A DNA stretch of 64,000 nt, from assembly GCA_002189035.1 (NCBI GenBank), contig CM007989.1:7812001-7876000 (forward strand). The letters run 5' to 3'. The notes under the pieces were generated by a model. It did no database searches. It was not told the DNA's origin and saw nothing but the letters and a program-made list of their open reading frames with translations. The translations under genes and the position numbers were made by a program. This document shows, piece by piece, positions 13,851 to 26,947 of the stretch. This stretch comes from Utricularia gibba. Taxonomy: Eukaryota; Plantae; Magnoliophyta. Within the stretch, counting starts at the first letter, position 1. Each line of letters begins with the position of its first letter.

Positions 13851-14372
13851 ATGGGGCTCTGTAAACTGCTCAGTCTTGCAATTTGGGTTCTGATTCTCGC
13901 CAATTCTGAGATGGGTTTTGGGTTCGCTCGCGCTGGAGGTTAGTTTCGATTGCCCAACGAGTTCGTTTATCGTTTCGGTGAAGATTTAGAACACCGGCTT
14001 CTTGTTTCTGATCAGATGCGAGAACTCTCCGACAGCACGGCGGCGTTGCTCGCCATTCAAAGGTAAGAGCGATCACGAAGCATGAATTCCTTCACTGTTG
14101 TTGATCTCTGAGTGACAATCTTCTGACATGGTATGTATATCGAAAAGTTGGTGCTGAGGACCCAAATCGGCTCGCGGCCGCCGCGGTGCTACCGGCGGTG
14201 CGCGACATGCGGGCGGTGCCAGGCGGTTCAAGTTCCGACGAACCCACGTTTCAGGAGCAACCTCTCCGCGGCTCCGGCGATGATCGCCTACGCCAGAGGC
14301 GGCGACGACGCTTCGAACTACAAGCCGATGAGCTGGAAATGCAAATGCGGGAACCTCATCTTCAATCCTTGA
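13851..14372 (+). CDS. EPFL2: EPIDERMAL PATTERNING FACTOR-like secreted cysteine-rich peptide (EPFL2-like)
   Basis: Exon 1 13851-13938 encodes a signal peptide (MGLCKLLSLAIWVLILANSEMGFGFARAG). Exon 2 is 14016-14062. Exon 3 (~14148-14372) has IGSRPPRCYRRCATCGRCQAVQVP...SNYKPMSWKCKCGNLIFNP, the EPFL1/2 signature. The exon-3 acceptor is the least certain boundary. Confidence 0.9.
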
Positions 14373-15657
14373 ACACCCTTCATGCAGGGGTGGTGAAGAA
14401 GGGGGTCTGTGTTGGGTCCCGGTGACCATTTACCGTTGTCCGGCCGGCGGGGGCGCCTGGAAGAATCACAGCACACCAACCGCCGGCATTCAAAAACATG
14501 CAAGAATTAGATGAGGAGAGGACACATTAGCGTCGGCCGTGGTGTACTGATTCCCAGATGCTGTACTAAACGCACGTGAATTTCCCAAAACCTTCTTCTC
14601 CGTCTCCCCAAGTCCACTTGCTCAGTATTTTATTACAATAAAAAAAAGAAAAAGAAAATGCACCTGGAATAGTATGTTTCCAAATTGGCCGCCACTTTAA
14701 CTAGTTAATCTATTTTTGGCAATTCACTTTTAATCGATTGTTTGATTATCGATTTTTTATACAAGTTTTTTCAGATTTCAAAATTTAATTTTTAAAAATT
14801 AAAATATAATTAAAAAACTAGAAATTCAAAATTTTATTTATTATATTATTAATATTTACTTTTGATCATTTAATATTTTAATAATATATATTAATTCGGG
14901 TTTGACCAATCGAAACCAGATTTGACTGGTCAAACCGATTTTTGAACCAAATTGGTTTCATACGGACCCAATCTTAAATTCTGAGTTAGAAACACTCCGA
15001 GTAAGTAAAAGAAACATATAAAATTTAAATATTTAGATAAGTTTTTAATTTTAAATTTTAATACATAAAACATATTTCATTAAATAATTTTATTTACATG
15101 TATGCATTCTTATTTTTGGAAGAAATATTGATATCTAATTACCTATAACATTTTTTCAAATCATAATTGAAAAAATACTCATGCAATTGACGATTCTGTT
15201 GACCATTTAATGTAACATTAAATCCGAAAATGGAAATAAAAAGAGCAGAATAGTGTGGAGGTAGGCATTGGATCGAGTAGGTAACTAGAAGCTAAAAATA
15301 GAAATGACTTACCATATGAGGTGTGTTGGGATTTTATTTTTGGTGGGGATGGAGCTTTGGCCGGGGAACCCTCGCAGGTAATTCTGATAACCACTGGTCA
15401 TAAGAAGCCCTGTCGCCTTTATTTAAACAGGGAGGTGCCATTGCTGACCATGTACCTACCTCAAAACAAAACAAAACAAAACAAAACAGACTCCTCTTTT
15501 TTTTTTTTGTTTTTTAGGATCTTCTCATAAGGTGGTGATCTTTTTTGAATGCAACTGCTGCTGCTGTTGTTTAATTGACTGACATTTTGGGTTGATCCTG
15601 CAGGGAGAGGAGTTGGAATAAAGGAAAAGAAAACTATAACAAAAAGAATAAGCAAGT

Positions 15658-16560
15658 ATGTTCAGGCAATCACCTCGTAGGAATGAAAGGCCGAGAGGGA
15701 TGAAGGTGAAGCATGTGGTGCAGGTGATCTTCGCTCTGGGTGCCTCCACATTGCTGCTGTATCAAGTCCAGGACTCACGGAACTATACTCCGAGGGCAAT
15801 GGAGAAGGTTGGGTATGGGAATGGGGATGTGAAGCTGGGGAGGAAGGATCTGCAGGCTCGGGTGGATGTTGTGAAGCGGAGGGATGAGCCGCAGACGGAG
15901 GATTTGGAGTTGGATCAGCTTCAGTTTGCAGGGAAGACGGACAAGGAGGGTGAGATTGAAAAGTTGCTGGGGCTGGAGGAGGATGCCAGAAGCCAGGAGG
16001 AGGTGAAACGGGAGACGGATGATCAGGAGGAGAAGCCAGAGGTGCTGTTTGAAGGCTCCTTCCCTGATTCGGATTCAGTTGAATCAGATGTGCCTCCTGC
16101 TTCATCTCCATCTCTTAGTTTTGACGCCGGTGGCAGAATGCGGCGTGCAGGGTTATTAGAATTAACCTCAGGGTTGAGCCCTGCTTCGTCTCCAATGAGC
16201 CTCGGTGAAGATGGCAATGGCCAAAATGGAAATGCAGGAACATCGCCAGGATTCAAGAACTTGGGTGCAAGTCCTGCTCCATCTCCGGCATACGGGTTTA
16301 TTGAAGCAGCGCTGAAAAGGTTCCTTGGTGAGTTCACTGATGGGATTGAGCCTGTAGTGAAGGCCTCAGGTATATCTGCTCCGAGTGAGAGTAAAGCTGA
16401 TAGGGACACTTACTTGATTGATAACATCGGGGAGGAGGATGATGACGATGATGATGACCATGCCGAAATAGCTGAGTTCTCAGGAGAGGATACGGAAGTT
16501 CCTGCTCATCAATATGGCATCACGGAGGCACCAACCGGAGCACTGGCACCATCTACATAG
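15658..16560 (+). CDS. Plant-specific N-terminally membrane-anchored acidic low-complexity protein (At2g22795/At4g37820-like)
   Basis: Single 300-aa ORF with the family N-terminus MFRQSPRRNERPRGMKVKHVVQVIFALGASTLLLYQV, the LGRKDL motif, and a D/E/S-rich tail. Confidence 0.8.
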   Translation: MFRQSPRRNERPRGMKVKHVVQVIFALGASTLLLYQVQDSRNYTPRAMEKVGYGNGDVKLGRKDLQARVDVVKRRDEPQTEDLELDQLQFAGKTDKEGEIEKLLGLEEDARSQEEVKRETDDQEEKPEVLFEGSFPDSDSVESDVPPASSPSLSFDAGGRMRRAGLLELTSGLSPASSPMSLGEDGNGQNGNAGTSPGFKNLGASPAPSPAYGFIEAALKRFLGEFTDGIEPVVKASGISAPSESKADRDTYLIDNIGEEDDDDDDDHAEIAEFSGEDTEVPAHQYGITEAPTGALAPST

Positions 16561-17901
16561 AATTGATAAGTTCAGAAATGCAACCATTGGCATGGTTGCT
16601 TTTCTTAGAAAAACAGAGTGACTATGTTTAAATAAAGAACTCAATACCGAGAGAGCTCTGGCCTATGTATTGCCAGGGTAAGTGTAAAATAGCTAGTTTG
16701 TTAGCAAATGTACCTCACATTTTGATACGAGTGTGACTATCATAATAATCTCGCTATATCGAGTTGATCAATCTTGTTCTTCATCAAGCCACCTCGAGAA
16801 CACAAGAAGAATAACCACATTGAGAATGAACCCCGAAGCAATTCACTAGTCCGAGGAATCCAAAAGCACCTCTGCTTATCCTTTACACCAACGTGTGTGC
16901 ATGAATCCAACGTGAAGGATAATAGCTTATTTGGAATACCTGGTGGCTACAGTTGATCAATCCCTGAATGCTTTGCAATGGCATTATCAAGGCATCTAAG
17001 CTCTTTACGAGTATGGCAATTCGTTTCCTCGACTTCCAGGAGAGCCTTTGTAAATTCATCCTCTCGTTGGCTTCTTGGATCATGGAATCCATTTGAGATA
17101 ATTCATTTTCCATTGCCTTCTCCGATGTTCTAGACTGAATCCTTGACTCCTACTCAACCAATTCCTTCCCCAGCCGCAAACTAACCATTTTTCTTTTTTG
17201 TGCGCAAGAAGAATGATTACCTGAAGATCGTTAATGACTATCTGGTATTGTACACGAGAGCTACTGTACCTACATCCTTCGGCAATTCAAGGATTTTTTC
17301 ACAGTTACATGGCCTTGAAAGTGTTCTGGTTTCCTCGGAGCCCGAATTTCTAACTCCCAGCATACCTAGTTAACATTCACCTCAAATCTCAATCCTAAGA
17401 TCCTACTCGGAGCTTCCATCACCCGAAATAGAGATAACAGCAACGCAACCAAAAAAATCAATAAAACCAAAAGCAAAACTTCGTCGGAAAAGCGCAATAA
17501 TGTTGAGCATCACTCAAGAAAGAGCACAAGCGGCAGCAGATACCTCTCACAGAAGACGCTTGCAGTTGGAGGTGCCCGTTCAATACCCGAAACGTTAAAC
17601 GAATGATTCACAGTGAAAACCGTTTCGACGCACTCCGTCACCTTCTTCCTTCGCCGTCTTCCCGCTCGAGGCTAATATAGTAACTTCTTTTTCGCAGATT
17701 ATTAGAACATTTTTTAAATTCCAATGAATACCTGAATTTATTCATATTCGAACAAACAAATTCGAACATGTAATGTTATACATTAATGTTGATATAAGGG
17801 TACACAGAACAACGCAGCTCAAAGGATTCACTTCGGGTGCTGGTGGCTCCGGGGGACTAGGCGTCTTGGCCCTCGGGATCCGGTGGCGGGGACGATCATT
17901 T

Positions 17902-20182
17902 CTACCTGCTTAACTTGCGCTTCTTGGCCCGTTCACGCCGTTCCTCCTCTTCGATCATTCGTAGTTGCTCCTCGTCTTCTTGCCGAGCAATTTTCGCGCT
18001 GCAGGGACGCCATGGTGAAACCAGTGTGACAGCCTGGGAAGAGAAGAGAACAGGTAATGCAGATAGTACGAGGAAGTACCTCTTTCGCTCCTCCCGCATG
18101 ATATCATCGAAGTTGGCCTCCATGTCACTGTCGTCGTCGTCGTCCCGGAACCGGTTTGGATTATACCTGTAACGCGGCATACAGGTTATGGGAAAATAAA
18201 GGCGCCCGCGAGCAGCAAGTTATGGAATACTAAGTTTAAAGTGTTATGGAAGGAAAAGGTTGCTCACCCGAACATCTTTCTGATCATGCTTATGGCACGG
18301 CCACCTTCACCATCTGACTCCGCATCATCATCAAGCGGTCTCTTGGGTTTTGGCTTTGGCAGTTTGTCAGGAAAACTATCACGAGCTGAAGGTGGGGGAG
18401 GTCTATTGTGCTGGCAACAAAGATGGACAGCGGCATAAGCAAAAATCAAAGCATAATGGAGGGAGGCTGGAAAATGTAAAGTTTCCAACCTGATGTTTTG
18501 AGGGATGTGGAGCGTGCTTTGTATTGCCGTTTGGAGCGCTGGTCCCATGATATTCCCTTCTCGGCACCAATGGTCTATTTGGGGCGGAAGGTTTACCGTT
18601 GGAAACAGTAGATCTGTTGTTCGACTGTACAGATGCTTGCACTGGTTTCCGGACACCGCTTGGAGGGATATAAGCATTGGGTTTCGGTACAACGCCCAAT
18701 GCTTTTTTGTTGTTGAAGGTGCAAGTTTTCCTACAGGAGAATCAGCATGCTTTGTCGCAAAGCCATCCTTACTTCTTCCAGGCAGGACATGCCCAGTGGC
18801 ATGATTGCTGCCAAGCTGCTTGCGGGCTCCTACTGATGAATTAGAAATCTTGTCCAACACAGCTTTGGGCCTGCTGTTGATGCTTCCTGGCACCAGATTT
18901 TGTCCGTGTGAAGAATTTGTGATTCCTCTCCCGCTACCACTGACTGAAGTTGGAGGTTTTCTCCCAGGCAGCACTTGAGCATATCGGGCATCTTCATTGT
19001 GAACACAAAATCACATAAGTTCCCTTTACAGAAGCATCATCGCAATCAGCACATTATTAAAAAACCCAAAAGTTCGAGGAAGGGTGTCATACCAGCCTTT
19101 GTGGGAAGTGAGTTTGTTGATAAAGGGTTTTTAGCCGTGTGCGAAAACTTAGCATCACTAGACTGAAGAAAGGAATAGTCCCTCGTTTGCTTGAGAATTT
19201 CAGCTTTCTTTCTCAACTACAGGATTATCAGAGGGCACAATAAAAAAAACTGCCACACCAGTAAACGATAACCTCCAAAATCAATATAACGTCACTTTGT
19301 GGTACCCCGTTAACAGGAGGTGCAGGATGCTTGTGATGAGGCTTTGGCTTGAATTGGGCAGGAGCATTGCTCTTATTATTCTGTCAGGAAATGTGCATCT
19401 TCATTATAACAGAAATCCCGCTTTAATATACCATGAGGGAAACAGAACACTAGGGATGCTTACAAATGCAGGACAAATCAAAAGAAAAAGGAAAAATGTA
19501 CTGCATGCATCCCAGCCCAAACACATGCAACATTCTTTGACATATTTGCAAACATTTGTGCAATTCACCACAATTAAAAAATCCCAAAACTTACAAAAAA
19601 TTAAGCAATCAAACGTACAGTGGTGCTCTTAGGTCGAAAAATCTTGGCTGCTAACTGTGGGTTCTCCAACAATGTCTTACTTTCTTCGATCACTCTCTGA
19701 GCTATAACCGGCTGAGAAGGTCCAAAGAAGGAGCCGTAACTACAAATAAGTGCACTCAAATTGAGAAGCGGCCTTAAATATCCATAGCAGAAAATTAACA
19801 AAAAAAAAGAAAATTACAGCTAATCAAATTCAAAAATTTCCCCAAGAACTTTGAAAGTCCACCTATCCTTACGAAACCCACTGGTTTTATTTACAGGGCC
19901 AGAACCACCGAGCTCTTTCTTCAACTTCCTCCGAATTCTATCTTTTAGCTTCTGCCGTAATTCAAGATAGTCCAACTCCTCCTTTGTTGGCTTCTGAGGT
20001 TCCTCATACCCGTCTTCACTACCTCCTTCCTCATCATGCTCCTCAGCATCGTCCTCATACTCATCCCAGTTTTCATACCGCTGCATTCAACATTACTTAG
20101 TTTCAATCAACCCTCTGGAGAAAACTTTCAAAAAAAAAAAAAAATCTGATTAGTTGCTCACATCTCTTTCGTAAACTTGCAT
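17902..20182 (-). CDS. SPT2: SPT2 chromatin protein (histone H3/H4 chaperone), with an apparent 1-bp frameshift at 18703-18708
   Basis: Exons 20182-20162, 20080-19863, 19739-19619, 19380-19306, 19216-19093, 18991-18490, 18410-18268, 18166-18080, 17998-17902. Motifs EELDYLELRQKLKDRIR, YGSFFGPSQPVIAQRVIEESK, LKQTRDYSFL, AISMIRKMFGYNP and MEANFDDIMREERKSAKIARQEDEEQL (SPT2 domain). Confidence 0.9.
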
Positions 20183-21927
20183 GCTTTTGATCAATAAAGA
20201 GAATAGCTTCGATGTCCCTGAAGATACAAGGAAATTGATTGCTATTAGCACCAGACAAAATGAATTTCGGTGGGACGAGATCGGATTTTTCCCGAGAAGT
20301 ATCTGCATTTCAAAATATACATCAGTAGACAAGCCTAGATTTCGAAAAACTCGATCAATCAAAAAGAGGCGCGAAGAAGCAGAAAAAGGACTAATTTCAT
20401 CGGAAATCGGGAAAACCCTAAGATAGATCAAATGGAACGATTCTAAAGGAAATTCGAAAAAAATCTTGGATAGATCGAATAGATTCATTCGAAAAAATAA
20501 GTAATCATAACCCAAAAAGAACTCAAAATCACAAGAACAATGTATAGCACCAATTACCGTAAAAACAAACGAAAGCTTCGACAAAATCACCGAAACAAAG
20601 ATTAGAACACCGTGATCCGTCAAGAATCCCCAAAGCACGGATTCGCCAGCAAGCACCCATAAGCGATAGAGAACAGATTCCCTAGCGGCGAAGGAAAGGC
20701 TCGGGACGGAGTTGCGATTAGGGATTCCAGGGACCCAGAAGACGCAGTGGAAGATGCTAACGTACACCTCCCCCATTGACGTTTAAGTACTACCACCAAA
20801 TGGGCTGGGCTCGCTTGAGGGATCAATAGACAATAATTTCCAAATTAAATTCCTCTTCTGTATCTCAGGCCCAGCCGCTTACGAACCCAAGGTCCATGAG
20901 ACTAAGAGCCCAATAATAACGCCTTTTTTTATTCTCCCTTTATTGTGGGTTGTGGAGCCTTTGAATCAATATAGTAATTTAAAACCGAATCCAGCATCCT
21001 ATGATTTCTTTTTCCTTCGTTTTTCATCAATTTGGTATGTTAAACACGAGCATACATGTGCAGTTACTATTAAGTATCTACAGTGAAGTTTCACTTGTGT
21101 AAGTTTTTGTGTATATAATCATTTTACTTTATTTTTTTATATTTAATTCAAGGTTTGATTTTATTTTTTATTTTTTTTTACTGATATGCTTTTTAATATC
21201 ATAAAACCTTAAAATAATGTGTAAGAATCTAGCGTTGTCCTTTCGTACTTAGTGAGAAGGATTTAATCAAATATCATTAATAATATACATTCGACTTAGT
21301 TCAAAGTCACTTTTATTATTATTTATAAAATCCATATTTTATTTTGCTTTTAATTCTTTTCAAATCCTTATTTTTAATAAAATCTAAATAATTGATTTCA
21401 CATGAAAACGATCTTTATTTATTATTTTCATAATCTTATGCATTTATAGAATTAACATCACATGTAATATTCAATTAATATAATTATAAATAAGAACTTA
21501 GGATTAAAAAATGACACCACGTGCCAAGATCATCAATGACCACGGGAACCGCCGACCAAGGCTATACGAACCCTTCAATAACTATTTTTATAAATTATAG
21601 TTTTCCAAATATTTAAAAATAAGAAACGTTTTTATATTTTTTAATTTTTTGTATTAAAAATCGTTCGTATTTAGAATGATTTAGGGAGTGGAAAATACGA
21701 TAGAAACTTCCTTGTAACTGTACATGAAATACTTAGTAACGAACGTGAAATGATATAGTTCAAAAACTTAGTCCATTTTCAGGGTCGTGCTTCAAAGTGG
21801 CGATCTGATCTTATTGACTCCCAAAAGTACCCGTACCCGTACCCGCGTACCAGCTCACATTCTCTCTCGCACTCTAGAGATTCTCCATCAGAACCAGACC
21901 ATGAAGCACACACCACTTGGGTAAGGA

Positions 21928-22534
21928 TCAGTTGGGAGCAGCGTCCTGTTTCCCCATCGGAAAGCTTTTGGATTTGGGGAGCCACGAAACCCATTTCTTC
22001 ACCTTGCTCTTGTTGATCATCTCTGTGGTGTAGGGAGGGTGTCCGTCCTTCTTGCAGAGGCCGAACTTCCACTCCCCGCTCGACTCGATCCGGTCGGCCG
22101 GATCCAGCTCTGCGATTCAACAGCACCCCACACAGTAAATTACTTGGAATCTGGTTATTGACGGGAGGAATATGGGGAATGATAGCATTGATATTACCGC
22201 CGAGGGCAGAAGAATCTGTTGGGTAGAGGGAGAAGGTGTTGGTGTCGGATCCAAGCTGGGGCACACGTTTCTCACGGGCGTAATGCTTGAGAGCCTTCTG
22301 GATCACCTCTTTCACATTCTCGTCTCCGTTGACGACGAATCTGATCGGCCCGGCACTTCCCACGACGTCGATCGTCACCAGGAACCTCCTCCCGCCCCCA
22401 TCCTCGTTCTTCTTCTGCAACGACGCCCCGTCGGAAACAGCTCTGCTCATCCTCTTCTTGGACGCCGCCTCATTGCCCGCGAACACGGCAGGAAGGCTCA
22501 GTCTCTTCTCGAGGAACCCCTTCTTGATCGCCAT
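21928..22534 (-). CDS. Uncharacterised At4g22758-like protein (DUF7054-type)
   Basis: Exons 22534-22198 and 22109-21928 (phase 1). RRFLVTIDVVGSAGPIRFVVNGDENVKEVIQKALKHYAREKRVPQLG is the family core; the C-terminus is ...KFGLCKK...KKWVSWL. Confidence 0.8.
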
Positions 22535-22851
22535 GCTTTCTGCGGAGCGACGGGGGACACAGTGCAGGCGTTTAACTAGAGCGATCCCGGAGGAAGAAGA
22601 GTGGCTCTTGGTCTTGTCTTCCTGGAGGAAGTAGCAGCTTTGAAGCAGGGGTATTTAAAGCTGAATTCCTTGCGAAAATGCATCTGCTCCATTCCCATAG
22701 TCAAAGCCACTTAGAGTAGGGTTCGTCCCCCTCCCCAACTTGGCCACGAATCACCACTGCCGGATCGGAAGAGATATCGTTTTTAAATGCTTCAATTACT
22801 TTGACGGGATGATCTTCACGACAGTGCATTCTGTCGACTCATGGGACGCTG

Positions 22852-22902
22852 ATCCCACATCGGAATTCGAAAAAACAGATAACAAAGATACGGCCTATTT
22901 AA
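22852..22902 (+). promoter_or_regulatory. snRNA-type promoter signature: USE (ATCCCACATCG) plus TATA-like TATTTAA 33 bp downstream; no recognisable snRNA follows
   Basis: Exact match to the plant USE consensus RTCCCACATCG at 22852-22862. Spacing to the TATA-like box fits Pol II snRNA geometry, but the TATA is weak. Confidence 0.35.
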
Positions 22903-23984
22903 CGGCTAATTCCCCACTTACGCATCCCGTCTCTTGTTTAGAAAATATTTAAGTACACAAAAATTCATCTTCTTAGAAGTTTTGAGTTTGTACGGGGAGT
23001 ACATATATTTATGGCATAAAAAAATGGAGAAGGAAAATTGTGGTGTCAAAGTAGAAAATCACTCAAAAATCCGACTCTCTTTTAAAAGTCACGTTGGCAG
23101 TACAACAATAATTATATCTTTAAAGGCACTACAACTAGACCCTTGGAAAATTTCTCGTATTTTAAATATGTTTTTTTGGTATTTTGCCAGTGAGAAGTTT
23201 GACAAGTGTACGGTTCAAAGTTTACTTATGAATTAATATTTGGTCATAATTTTGCAGCTTATTATGGTTTTGTTGGCAAGACTATTGTGAGTGCTATATC
23301 TGCCTATTCACTCATTTTAAACTTGTTTAGTATAAGATTTTAATTTGTTCAAGATTGGATGTAAGCATCATTAATTTGAATAGAAACGAAAAATTTTATA
23401 AAATTTAGATGAGTTTGGCAGAAGATGTTATTTAAAAAATAGAGTAAGTTAGTGAAATCACCCTCTGCAAAATTTTTATTTCTAATTAAATATTAAATAA
23501 ATAGTTATATTTGTATATATTTATTGGTTAAATAGCTTTACTTTTTAGTTATATTATATGATAATATATATTATACATAATAAATATAACTAATTTATAT
23601 TTTTAAGACAATAAATATTGCATATTAAAAATGAGTATATGTCTATATGTATATTTTTTTGTATATCGCATTTATAATTACCTATTTTGTTATATTTCAT
23701 TATATTTTTGGGATGTTTAATAATAAAGATAATTAGGCCCATTAGAGCCTTAAGTTAGTGGGCCTGGTGCGTGCTGGCCAATGAGATCTCTCGTCTCTCT
23801 GGCAAGTTATGGGCCACTGCCAGCCATCACCGGAGGATGGAGATTTCGTTGATCTGTTTGTGGAGAGTGGTGTTCGACAAGGGGAAACGTATATGTTATG
23901 TATGTATGCTGTACGGCTAGGGGCTTTGGAGATTTGGGGGTGATCGTTAGGGGAAGCGGCAGGAGCTCAAGGAAGTGTGGTGTA

Positions 23985-26577
23985 ATGGCGCCTCCCCCTG
24001 TTTTGTCTTTGGCGTTGCCATCGGAGACTGGCCGGGTTCTCAGCATTCAGTCTCACACGGTCCAGGTTTTCATCGAATCTATAGTTGACTTGTTCTTTTG
24101 CTTTCTGTGTCAATGAGAAAATGCGGAATCGGCTTTTGCCTTTTCTTTTGTGTGGGATGATGCTAACAGGAAGACGGAATCTATCTTCTATTTTTTTTGT
24201 CGTGGGTGCTGTGTCTTGATCCTCGTCTTGTTGTTTTACTGTAAAAAAGAAGGCCCGTTGCGATCCTGCAATACATAGATGTGACGTTTGGAGTTGATGA
24301 TCGTTTTTTGCGTATCATGTTTCCTTCAACCGGCTTTTGGTAATTGATGGTGCTAATTAATGCTTTAGGGATATGTGGGCAACAAATCGGCTGTCTTTCC
24401 TTTACAATTGCTCGGTTACGACGTTGATCCAATCAATTCAGTGCAGTTTTCTAACCATACTGGTAAGCTGCTTTTATTCCTCTTGCGGCAGCACGAAGAA
24501 AGATGGTGGGGCAAAGAAATATCTGGCATTACTGCATTTTAATTTCATGCAGGATATCCTACTTTTAAGGGTCAAGTTTTGAACGGTGACCAACTATGGG
24601 ATTTGATCGAGGGCCTTGAAGCTAATGGGTTGTTGTACTATACACATTTACTAACAGGTAATGCTACTGTGGGTTTTATTGCTAAATTATATAAGATCTG
24701 GGAATATCTACTTGTATCTTCCAAATGGAACCTCCATCATATTCAGTAGTATCAGTTATTTGACATTATACCGGAGTATGCATTGCATTCCTGTCTAAAC
24801 CGTAGTATTTTGTAATGGATTCAGATGTGTGTGCTTCTGATTAAAATTTTGCTGGCTATGTGCCCTTTTATGTTAGTTGAAATTCATATGATAAGCATCA
24901 ACGGCTAATTGCAGGTTATATCGGCTCAGTTTCCTTTTTGCAAATGGTGCTGAAAGTTGTTGATAAGCTTAGGTCCATCAACCCTCAGCTGACATATGGT
25001 TAGTAAGTATTCTGCTACGGCTGAGATCATTCTGATGCATGTGCAAGCTTGTTTATAGGGTTGAAACTGGCGGCCATGATTTTTCCTTCCATTCAGGACA
25101 TCCATTCTGGATAAATCAGCAATTTAATGGAATGCGGCTTTCATTTACTCTCTAATATTTCCATTTTGTTTTGCAGTCTGTGATCCAGTTCTAGGTGATG
25201 AAGGCAAGCTCTATGTTCCTCAAGACTTAGTTTCTGTATATCGAGACAAGGTGCTTTTCTTTCCTTTCTTTTCTTCTTTTTTCAATGAAGGGTATGCAGT
25301 TAAATACAAACGGTGACTCTTGGTGATCATATATGTAAAGATCTCATATTTATAATTGTCCCCTTCAATGAGTTTCTCCAACTGCAAATTCATTACCCTT
25401 TTTCATCAGGTTGTACCAGTTGCTTCAATGCTGACACCTAACCAGTTTGAAGCTGAATTATTAGTGGGCTTCAGGTACCCTCAGATACACTGGTCTCATG
25501 AATCATTTTTAATCATGAATGATTTCTGTTGGCGATTCATGCCAGAATTGAAACCGAGCAAGATGGAAGAAAGGCTTGTGACATTCTCCATGCTGCTGGC
25601 CCATCAAAGGTCCTTCTGATATGCTTCTCCTGTGAAAGCATCCATATATTCTTCACTGCCTAACACAATGTTGGTTTATATGACATAGCATATATTCCAT
25701 GGTTACCCAGCGTATACATCCCTTGAACAGTTGAGGCGCTGAGAAAGATCCAACCCTTGTACATGATTCATAACACATGAAGATGTCTTCTTTCAGGTGG
25801 TGATAACAAGCTTAAATATGAACGATAGCCTTTTTATAATCGGTAGTCATCAGAAAGAGAAGGTATATTCTATGGATCGCAACTTCATTCTGCTCCTTGT
25901 ATAGCTTACACTAAATACTGATTTCCCTCATAATCCTTTCAAAATAACTTTTTTAATCTTTGTGAATGGTTAATGTCATCCACTCAGAATCAAATAACAG
26001 AACATCCAGATGTACCTTTTTGTGCTATGACAGGATCAGGCTTCTGTTCAGTTTCGGATATCTGTATCAAAAATTCCTGCATATTTTACGGTGCTGATTT
26101 ATTTCATTATTTCATTGTCTTACATAAACAAACTGTGTGTGCTTGGACTTGCATACAGTATCATTGATTTGCTCTGCAGGGCACTGGAGACCTGATGACT
26201 GCGCTTCTGCTTGGATGGAGCAATGTAAGTCCTCACATTTCAGTCTTACACCACACACTGTATCTGATTGCTCTTGCATTTCACCCTTGTTTTCTAAAGA
26301 AATACCCCAACGACCTCAAGAAGGCAGCAGAACTCTCTGTTTCAAGCTTACAGGTACTGTCTTCGTTCACTGATCTCGTACTTCAATGGAATCCTGGATA
26401 ACCGGGGTGGTTTTTTGGTTCATTTGTTGCTTTCAGGCAGTTCTGGTGAGGACGCTAGATGACTACAAGAAGGCTGGGCATGATTGCCAGTCAAGCAGCT
26501 TGGAGATTCGATTGGTGCAGAGCCAAGATGATATTCGTGACCCGGAAATTAAGTACAGTGCCGAGTTATACACCTGA
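23985..26577 (+). CDS. SOS4: Pyridoxal kinase
   Basis: 12 phase-consistent exons: 23985-24065, 24369-24462, 24553-24657, 24915-24998, 25177-25250, 25410-25474, 25546-25609, 25797-25862, 26034-26090, 26180-26224, 26300-26353, 26437-26577. Motifs [58 protein letters not shown]. Confidence 0.97.
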
Positions 26578-26947
26578 GTTCATCACATGTGCTATAGCAG
26601 CAATTTGTTACACCATAAAGCTCAAAATCTGAGAGCAACAATTTATCCCTTCTGTTGAATTATCATTCAGCAAAAAGATTCAATTTTTGATGCCATGGCC
26701 TGCTTATTCCGATCAGTAACAGAGGCCAGGAAGACGACCAGAGCGGTCGAACTACGGGTCAGCAACCAATCCGGCCCAGAGGCGTTGTCTTCGCAATGAA
26801 GCACAAATCCAGATAGTATCGAAAGAGGAAGGCCAACAACACGATAAGATATTCCAAAGACAACTGACTGCGCAAGATAGTCGATGGCATGCCGGCCTAC
26901 CGTGGAGAACAGCCATTGATGCTCGGTTTCTACGTGTAAGATCAAAA

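Noticed and set aside
15662-16409. Pro/Ser-rich antisense ORFs opposite the acidic protein gene
   Set aside because: They are shadow frames of a GA-rich coding strand with no independent splice or start context.
20150-20776. 208-aa minus-strand ORF upstream of SPT2
   Set aside because: It corresponds to the SPT2 5' UTR and T-rich intron (Phe/Leu/Ser-biased translation). Only its last codons, MQVYERD, are the real first coding exon.
21779-22198. 251-aa single-exon model for the At4g22758-like gene
   Set aside because: It reads through an 88-nt GT-AG intron into a non-conserved frame. The spliced model gives the family-like FGLCKK...W C-terminus.
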